From: Sulfurimonadaceae bacterium
GTDB taxonomy: Bacteria > Campylobacterota > Campylobacteria > Campylobacterales > Sulfurimonadaceae
Reading direction: 5' to 3'
Assembly (NCBI GenBank): GCA_041548245.1
Contig: JBFESZ010000027.1
Coordinates: forward strand, 1-22,788
DNA length: 22,788 nt
The notes under the pieces were generated by a model. The model worked only from the letters and a program-made list of their open reading frames with translations, ran no database searches and had not been told where the DNA came from. Positions 16,475 through 22,788 of this stretch are shown piece after piece. Position 1 is the first letter of the stretch. Every line of letters begins with the position of its first letter. A program made the translations under genes and the position numbers.

Positions 16475-17883
16475 CAAGAGCGGTTGAAGAGACCCTGGAC
16501 ATGGCTACAGAGCCTGTCGGATGGTTATTGCTGGCTATATTTGTTATAGGCTACTATTTTATTGCGGCTGAAGAAAAATATCATATCAATAAGGCAAAAC
16601 CAGCTTTATTTATAGGTACGTTGATGTTTATGATCATTGGAGGGTTCTATGCCTTTAACGGGATAAACATGAAACCTTTTGAGACAGAGATCGCACATCT
16701 TATACTAGAGATCGCCGAGATATTCTTTTTCTTGTATGTCGCTATGACATTTATTGAGGCTTTAATAGACAGGGGTGTGTTCAATGCCTTGAAAACCAAG
16801 TTGATTGCAAAAGGTTACAGTTATAAAGGCCTTTTCTGGGTCACGGGTATTCTTGCATTCTTTATCTCTCCTGTTGCGGACAACTTGACGACAGCACTGA
16901 TTTTATCGACAGTGCTGATCACGATCGATAAGACAAACAAAGCTTTCTTGGTTCCGGGTGCCATTAATATCGTTGTTGCAGCCAATGCAGGTGGTGCATG
17001 GAGTCCGTTCGGGGATATTACGACGCTTATGGCATGGACGGCAAACAAGGGCAACTTTATTGATTTCCTATATCTTTTCCCTGCGGCAATTCTGGGTTGG
17101 GCCGTCACTGCTTATCTTCTGAGCCGCTATGTACCAGAAGGGAACCCGGGTAAAGAGGATGAAGAAAAAGCGGACAGTATTGAGATATTAAAAGGCGGTA
17201 AGGTTATTGTGGCATTGGGTGTCTTTACCATCGCAACAGCCGTAATCTCTAAACAGGTTATGCACCTTCCGCCAATGTGGGGTATGCTGTTTGGTCTGTC
17301 AATCCTAAAACTATATGTCTACTTCCTACAGAAAAAGCATCAAGAAGATATGGATATTTACCACTCTATTGCAAAGGTTGAAAATGACACTTTGCTCTTT
17401 TTCTTTGGTATCTTGGCTGCAGTGGGTGCATTGCACTTTGCTGGTTTCCTGGCGTATGCTGTAATGTTATATGATATGTTCAATCCGACTTATGTCAATA
17501 TCGGTGTTGGTTTCCTCTCTGCAGTTGTAGATAATGTTCCGGTTATGTCAGCGGTCTTAAAAGCAAGTCCTGATCTTGGTCTTAGCCAGTGGATGCTTGT
17601 AACATTGACAGCTGGTATCGGTGGTTCACTCATCAGTTTTGGTTCTGCTGCAGGTGTTGGAGTAATGGGTAAGCTAAAAGGCGTTTATACTTTTAGTGCC
17701 CATATGAAACTTTCTTGGACAATCCTTGTCGGTTATATCCTTTCTCTTGCGATCTGGTATGCTCAGTTCGAAGTAATGGGGTTATATAACAATCACGAAG
17801 TCCATAATAAAATAGAGACACCAAAAACAAAGTGCCCTGAGTGTAATGCTGTGTTTGAACTTCCTGTCGAAGGCGGACATTAA
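16471..17883 (+). CDS. nhaD: NhaD-family Na+/H+ antiporter
   Basis: Multi-TM protein with EEKYHINKAKPAL, FFISPVADNLTTA, VVAANAGGAWSPFGDITT, SAVVDNVP and GGSLISFGSAAGV motifs. ATGA overlap with nadB. Confidence 0.92.
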   Translation: MTRAVEETLDMATEPVGWLLLAIFVIGYYFIAAEEKYHINKAKPALFIGTLMFMIIGGFYAFNGINMKPFETEIAHLILEIAEIFFFLYVAMTFIEALIDRGVFNALKTKLIAKGYSYKGLFWVTGILAFFISPVADNLTTALILSTVLITIDKTNKAFLVPGAINIVVAANAGGAWSPFGDITTLMAWTANKGNFIDFLYLFPAAILGWAVTAYLLSRYVPEGNPGKEDEEKADSIEILKGGKVIVALGVFTIATAVISKQVMHLPPMWGMLFGLSILKLYVYFLQKKHQEDMDIYHSIAKVENDTLLFFFGILAAVGALHFAGFLAYAVMLYDMFNPTYVNIGVGFLSAVVDNVPVMSAVLKASPDLGLSQWMLVTLTAGIGGSLISFGSAAGVGVMGKLKGVYTFSAHMKLSWTILVGYILSLAIWYAQFEVMGLYNNHEVHNKIETPKTKCPECNAVFELPVEGGH

Positions 17884-17903
17884 GCCTTGGCTTTCTGCTT
17901 TTT

Positions 17904-17932
17904 TAGAGGCTTGAAACACAAGCCTCTACTTT
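17904..17932 (+). terminator. Intrinsic terminator after nhaD
   Basis: Perfect 10-bp stem TAGAGGCTTG / CAAGCCTCTA with 5-nt loop, followed by CTTT. Confidence 0.7.
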
Positions 17933-17994
17933 CACAAACTTTTAATGATAAATAGAGTATCCTTTCACTACTAGATCACCTAAAAGGTATCCCT

Positions 17995-19533
17995 TTGAAA
18001 AATGTAAGCATTATTGTTCTTGATTTTGGTTCGCAATATACACAGCTGATCGCACGTCGTTTGCGTGAAGAGAGAGTCTATTGTGAGATTGTTCCGTATT
18101 ACACGACGGCTGAAGAGATAAAGGCTAAAAACCCTAAGGGTATTGTCTTGAGTGGTGGCCCATCATCCGTTTATAATGAGAATGCTTATGAAGTAGATCA
18201 GGCTGTTTATGAGATGGGTATTCCTGTTCTTGGTATCTGTTATGGTATGCAGAGGATTGCCGTTGATTTCGGTGGTTCTGTAATTCGTTCAGACCATCAT
18301 GAATATGGAAAGGCCGAGTTGAAAATCGAGCAGAAGTCTGCACTCTTTGATCAGGTCGATGATAACGGAATTGTCTGGATGTCACACTCTGATCGTGTGG
18401 ATGAACTTCCAGCTGGGTTCACACCAATTGCAACATCTGCAAATTCGCCATATGCAGCTATTGCCAACGAGGAAAAACGTGTTTATGCCATGCAGTTTCA
18501 TCCCGAGGTTCAACACTCAGTAGAGGGTTATTTGATGCTTCGTAACTTCGCACGTAAGATCTGTGGCATAGATGAGAAGTGGAAAATGGAGCATTTTCTC
18601 AAAGAGCAAATCGCTAAGATCAGAGAGACGGTAGGGGATGGAAAGGTTCTTTGCGGATTGAGTGGCGGGGTTGACAGCTCTGTCGTTGCTGCTATGCTTT
18701 ATGAAGCGATCGGTGATCAACTCGTACCGGTTTTTGTTGATAACGGACTTTTAAGAAAGGGTGAACGTGAACAAGTCGAAGAAGTCTTTAAAATCAACCT
18801 AAAAGTGCCTTTGGTTGTTGTAGATGCACGTGAAAACTTTTTAACCAAACTTGCAGGCATTTCAGATCCTGAGAAAAAGCGTCAGATCATTGGACATACT
18901 TTTATTGAAGAATTTGAAGCTGAAGCTAAAAAGCATGACGGTATCAAGTTCTTAGCTCAAGGAACACTCTATCCGGACGTTATTGAGTCTATTTCTGTTA
19001 ATGGTCCATCTGAAGTAATTAAATCTCACCACAATGTGGGTGGCTTACCTGATTGGATGGATTTTGAACTCATTGAACCACTACGTGAGCTTTTTAAAGA
19101 TGAAGTACGCAAGATCGGTTTAGAGTTAGGTCTTCCAGAAACGATGATCAACCGGCATCCTTTCCCTGGACCGGGATTGGCTATTCGTATTATGGGTGAT
19201 GTCAATCAGCCAGACTTAGATCTTTTACGTGAAGCAGATGTGATTTTACTTGATGAACTTAAAGCAAGCGGTTATTACACCAAGACATGGCAGGCATTTG
19301 CGGTATTATTAAATGTTAAATCAGTAGGTGTCATGGGTGATAACCGTACTTATGACAATACAGTATGTGTACGTGTAGTAGAAGCTGTAGATGGCATGAC
19401 CGCTACATTCGCGCATCTTCCTCATGATCTGTTGGAGCGAATTTCTCGTCGTATTATCAATGAGGTGGATGGGATAAATCGTGTTGTGTATGATATCTCT
19501 TCAAAACCACCAGCGACGATTGAATGGGAGTAG
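17995..19533 (+). CDS. guaA: GMP synthase (glutamine-hydrolysing)
   Basis: [53 protein letters not shown] and C-terminal [12 protein letters not shown] start with AAAGG RBS. Confidence 0.98.
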   Translation: MKNVSIIVLDFGSQYTQLIARRLREERVYCEIVPYYTTAEEIKAKNPKGIVLSGGPSSVYNENAYEVDQAVYEMGIPVLGICYGMQRIAVDFGGSVIRSDHHEYGKAELKIEQKSALFDQVDDNGIVWMSHSDRVDELPAGFTPIATSANSPYAAIANEEKRVYAMQFHPEVQHSVEGYLMLRNFARKICGIDEKWKMEHFLKEQIAKIRETVGDGKVLCGLSGGVDSSVVAAMLYEAIGDQLVPVFVDNGLLRKGEREQVEEVFKINLKVPLVVVDARENFLTKLAGISDPEKKRQIIGHTFIEEFEAEAKKHDGIKFLAQGTLYPDVIESISVNGPSEVIKSHHNVGGLPDWMDFELIEPLRELFKDEVRKIGLELGLPETMINRHPFPGPGLAIRIMGDVNQPDLDLLREADVILLDELKASGYYTKTWQAFAVLLNVKSVGVMGDNRTYDNTVCVRVVEAVDGMTATFAHLPHDLLERISRRIINEVDGINRVVYDISSKPPATIEWE

Positions 19534-19573
19534 ACCTAGTTTCTATCTTAGAACTTATGGGACATTATTAGAT

Positions 19574-20212
19574 ATGAATGGAAAAGAGCAGAAGATCTTT
19601 CTTTTTTCTAAGACTTCATATCCTGATGTCAACCATATTCCTATTCTTCATATTGAATACCTTCAACCCACAATAGATTTTTCCTCTTATGATTATATTA
19701 TTGCCACTTCAAAAGAGGTCTTTAGTGCCTTGGATAAGATAGGTGAATGGAAAGAACTTCCCATTTTAGCCATTTCAAAATCTACGCAGAAGTTTGCAAA
19801 AAAGATTGGCGCCAAGATATTGGATGTCTCGGAGGGATATGGTGAAGATTTGGTCGGACTTATTAAACAGAAATACAGACAATTAAAGGCTTTATACCCC
19901 CATGCTGAAAGAGTGGCCTTCGATATAGAAAGCCATTTGAAGGCCTTGGATATTAGTGTTGACTCTTTCAGTGTTTATAAGACTTCATGTTCAAAAACGT
20001 CTAAAATTGAACTTCCTTCTGATGCCATTTGTGTCTTTACCTCACCATCGGCAATCAGATGTTTTGAAAGTCTATACGCCTTTCTTCCTACATATAAAGT
20101 TGTCTGCATAGGTAAGACAACGCGTTCGGCTTTACCTGAGAAAGTAGAATCCGTTCTCTCTGAAAGTACATCGGTAAAAAGTGCAATAGAGTGTGCCAAA
20201 AGGTTGGTTTAG
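19574..20212 (+). CDS. hemD: Uroporphyrinogen-III synthase
   Basis: YDYIIATSK, VYKT, VFTSPSAIRCF and VCIGKTT motifs of HemD. Start at ATG 19574 preferred over the ORF-track start at 19481 inside guaA; exact start uncertain. Confidence 0.85.
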   Translation: MNGKEQKIFLFSKTSYPDVNHIPILHIEYLQPTIDFSSYDYIIATSKEVFSALDKIGEWKELPILAISKSTQKFAKKIGAKILDVSEGYGEDLVGLIKQKYRQLKALYPHAERVAFDIESHLKALDISVDSFSVYKTSCSKTSKIELPSDAICVFTSPSAIRCFESLYAFLPTYKVVCIGKTTRSALPEKVESVLSESTSVKSAIECAKRLV

Positions 20213-20224
20213 TAACCACTTTTT
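20198..20224 (+). terminator. Putative terminator at the end of hemD
   Basis: TGGTT-TAGT-AACCA hairpin, extendable with AAAAG/CTTTT, followed by a T run. Confidence 0.45.
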
Positions 20225-20235
20225 AAAGTTTTATT

Positions 20236-20244
20236 TGTTATAAT
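20236..20244 (+). promoter_or_regulatory. Extended -10 promoter TGTTATAAT for the 6S RNA
   Basis: Perfect TGnTATAAT predicting +1 at about A20251, the first base of the structured RNA. Confidence 0.75.
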
Positions 20245-20250
20245 TTTTTA

Positions 20251-20436
20251 ACCTGGGTGGTGCGACTACTCGCCTATTAAGGGGTTCTACATATTCATCC
20301 AGCAGACGCCGTAAGAGAGTCTGTGTGAAGCATTTTTGCTTGAGGGCCTGGCCTGAGAATTTGCTACCTGAAGACTCTTTCGTTTTGCTATATTCGGCTT
20401 TGAGAACCAAAGCAACACGCGGAACGCCCACCTGGA
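20251..20436 (+). ncRNA. ssrS: 6S RNA
   Basis: About 185-nt GC-richer island folding as one long irregular hairpin: terminal CUGGGUGG/CCACCUGG, GGUUCU(20283-88)/AGAACC(20403-08), central bubble, AGCAGACG/CGUUUUGCU, AGAGUCU(20316-22)/AGACUCU(20372-78). It has its own promoter and lies upstream of purD, where I recall 6S RNA sits in Campylobacter/Helicobacter. Confidence 0.85.
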
Positions 20437-20609
20437 CCCCTTTTTCTAATAAACATACCTTTTTTAATATAAAACCTTTTCAATACGGTTTTCCAATTAA
20501 TATATGTTGATCATCAAAAGTCTTGAGTGAATAGGTTTATTTAAGAGTAAGTTAATCAAGAAGCAGCAAACAACAGGTTTGAATGTAAAGGTGAAGATAT
20601 ATGATTAAT

Positions 20610-20639
20610 AATCCCATTCCTTGCACAAGGAAAGAGATT
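20610..20639 (-). terminator. Hairpin downstream of the OMP gene
   Basis: TTCCTT-GCAC-AAGGAA stem, extendable with AATC/GATT, about 10-40 nt past the stop at 20648. Confidence 0.45.
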
Positions 20640-20647
20640 CTGAAGGT

Positions 20648-21160
20648 TTAAAATTTAAAGTTTACTGCACCGTAAGCAGAGCCGAGTGCTATTACATTAA
20701 TCGAATTTCTATCACTCGTTGTCCAAGAATACTTTACACCAGCTTCAAGGGTGATGGCATCTGTTAACTCCATGAGACCTCCTGCTTGAACACCACCAAG
20801 TGCATCCGTCTCATCTTCTGTAGCTACATCAGTATATATTGCCCCTACATGAAATCCTGCGAAAGCTCTAAAGAAGTTATAGTACTTTTCTGTTTTCGCT
20901 TCAAGGTTAAGAACAAGAATATGTGTTTCAGGGTCACTGGCTGCCTTATCATCATTGATATAGTTATAAGAACCATATATCCGAGTCTTTTTGTTTTCAA
21001 TACCTGCTCTGAGACCTATGTTGTCTATTGAGTGTGAATAATATTTATCTTTTTTACCTTTTGCGACTCCATACTCCGCACCAATTAGGATTTTTTCACC
21101 TGAAGCGGCATAAACAGATGATAATGAAGCCAGCAAAGCCAGTAAAACAATCTTTTTCAT
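20648..21160 (-). CDS. Small outer-membrane beta-barrel protein (8-stranded OMP type)
   Basis: Sec signal MKKIVLLALLASLSSVYA, alternating amphipathic beta-strands, C-terminal beta-signal YGAVNFKF, AAGGA RBS. Confidence 0.85.
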   Translation of the reverse strand: MKKIVLLALLASLSSVYAASGEKILIGAEYGVAKGKKDKYYSHSIDNIGLRAGIENKKTRIYGSYNYINDDKAASDPETHILVLNLEAKTEKYYNFFRAFAGFHVGAIYTDVATEDETDALGGVQAGGLMELTDAITLEAGVKYSWTTSDRNSINVIALGSAYGAVNFKF

Positions 21161-21596
21161 ATTCTTCCTTTGTCAAATAATTGAAGTTATAGGTACTATA
21201 TAGTGATATTACTTAAAATAATATTTATTTTATTTTGTTGAAAACTATCAGTTAATTACTTTTAATGCTTAATTAAGAGTTGCTTTTATTATTGATAGTA
21301 TATATTTAGAAGTGAATTTTTAAAGATTTGGCCGGTCATTAGAAGATATTAGGCTCAAGTAAGAAAGTTGTATTGGGCTGTTTTCATACATAAATTTAAT
21401 GGATACATAACTTCTATAGGATATAATTACGGGAGAATAAGGTGTATTCCCAATCTTTTTTATGACTAAAGCAAAATAATGGAATACTTTTTTGAATTTC
21501 TTTGTGCAAAGATTATTGATTAAAGTTCATGATATGGTTTTTGATAAATAATCTGCAAAAGAACCTCACAAAACAAATGACTTATCGGAGTAAATA

Positions 21597-22788
21597 ATGA
21601 ATGTAATGATATTAGGAAGCGGTGGTAGAGAGTACTCAATAGGCCGTGTTTTAAAAGATGATGAGAATGTTGATAAGCTTTATTTTTGTCCGGGAAACGG
21701 TGCGACTGAAAGCCTCGGTGAGAATGTTGATATCAAAGATTATCATGAATTGGCACAATATGCTAAAGCAAACAATATAGAGTTTACTATTGTTGGTCCT
21801 GAAGCACCATTGGTAGATGGTGTTGTAGATATCTTCAAAGCAGAGGGGTTGACGATCTTTGGGCCATCCAAAGAAGCGGCCCAACTTGAGGGATCCAAAG
21901 TATATATGAAAAACTTTTTGGCAAAGTACAAGATCCCGACTGCAGCATATATTGAAACTGACCATATTGAGACGGCTTTTAAATTCATTGATACACTTAC
22001 GGCACCTATCGTCGTGAAGGCAGACGGTTTATGTGCAGGTAAGGGTGTTATCATTGCTCAGTCCAGAGATGAAGCAAAGAAAACAGTCGGTGAGATGTTA
22101 AGTGGTGAGGCATTCGGCGATGCAGGGAAAAAAGTCATCGTCGAGGAGTTCCTGGATGGGTATGAGCTTTCGATGTTTGCTGTGTGTGATGGAGATGATT
22201 TTGTGCTCTTGCAGGCAGCACAAGATCATAAACGTCTTCTTGATGGAGATCAGGGGCCAAATACAGGTGGTATGGGTGCTTATGCTCCGACGCCTCTGGT
22301 CAATGATGAGCTTTATGAGAAAGTGAAAGATCGTATCGTCCGTCCGACACTTGAGGGAATGAAAAACGAGGGTGCTCCATTTGAAGGTGTGCTTTTTATA
22401 GGGATCATGGTTGTCAATGGAGAACCGATGACTCTGGAGTTTAACGTACGTTTTGGTGATCCAGAGTGTGAAATATTGATGCCGTTGATGAAATCTTCAG
22501 TCTTTGATCTCTTTTACAAGGCAGCGACCTCTCAGCTAGATACTTTAAAGGTTGAGTTTTATGACAAATATGCTGTCGGTGTTGTCATGGCATCGAAAGA
22601 CTACCCATACTCTTCATCAACTCCGGCCGAGATCGTCGTGGATGAAGTGCATCACGAAGAGATAGCAGATAACACACATATCTCTTATGCTGGGGTAAGT
22701 AAAATAGACGGAACTTTATGTGCAACGGGTGGACGTGTACTGGTATGTGTCGGTTTAGGTGATACGATCCAAGAAGCAAGGGATCGCG
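21597..22788 (+). CDS. purD: Phosphoribosylamine--glycine ligase; partial, runs off the right edge
   Basis: Manual translation from ATG 21597 (GGAG RBS): [14 protein letters not shown]...PGNG...[10 protein letters not shown]...LEGSK...[13 protein letters not shown]...[20 protein letters not shown]...[11 protein letters not shown]...TGGRVL. Confidence 0.97.
   Translation, partial: MNVMILGSGGREYSIGRVLKDDENVDKLYFCPGNGATESLGENVDIKDYHELAQYAKANNIEFTIVGPEAPLVDGVVDIFKAEGLTIFGPSKEAAQLEGSKVYMKNFLAKYKIPTAAYIETDHIETAFKFIDTLTAPIVVKADGLCAGKGVIIAQSRDEAKKTVGEMLSGEAFGDAGKKVIVEEFLDGYELSMFAVCDGDDFVLLQAAQDHKRLLDGDQGPNTGGMGAYAPTPLVNDELYEKVKDRIVRPTLEGMKNEGAPFEGVLFIGIMVVNGEPMTLEFNVRFGDPECEILMPLMKSSVFDLFYKAATSQLDTLKVEFYDKYAVGVVMASKDYPYSSSTPAEIVVDEVHHEEIADNTHISYAGVSKIDGTLCATGGRVLVCVGLGDTIQEARDR

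Noticed and set aside
19481-19573. N-terminal extension of HemD overlapping guaA
   Set aside because: It starts within the conserved guaA C-terminus, and HemD-like sequence begins only near 19574.
20231-20510. Two short ORFs (20231-20431 minus, 20325-20510 plus)
   Set aside because: They overlap the 6S RNA structure and its promoter, and show no protein-like features.
21380-21596. Purine or ZTP riboswitch upstream of purD
   Set aside because: Only scattered words (ATATGG, TTCTA) are present. The required stems and spacing cannot be formed.

Overview
A 22.8-kb chromosomal window from a Campylobacterota (epsilonproteobacterial) genome. It is probably Sulfurimonas/Sulfuricurvum-like, inferred from gene order, TGnTATAAT promoters, FliW and a stand-alone Aer-type PAS protein. 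Left to right: 5' part of a large secreted Ig/cadherin-like surface protein (minus, runs off the left edge, missed by the ORF track); fliW-proC (minus); bamD-lon (plus); a four-gene minus-strand signalling operon; a DUF721/DciA-like gene with uvrC (minus, apparently leaderless); an unannotated 39-aa LptM/YifL-like lipoprotein with nadB-nhaD; guaA-hemD; a 6S RNA; an AT-rich inserted beta-barrel OMP gene; and the 5' part of purD. The best candidate for an undescribed system is the 6316-12593 operon: a stand-alone Aer/CetB-like PAS protein, a PAS-like/double-Hpt acidic protein, a NIT-domain hybrid histidine kinase and a single-domain response regulator. It pairs predicted nitrate/nitrite sensing with FAD redox sensing and has a periplasmic CxxCK motif, a His-less pseudo-Hpt domain, pseudo-receivers, long acidic disordered linkers and no DNA-binding output. 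No mobile element, CRISPR array, tRNA or rRNA was seen. All family assignments come from motif recognition by eye, not database searches.
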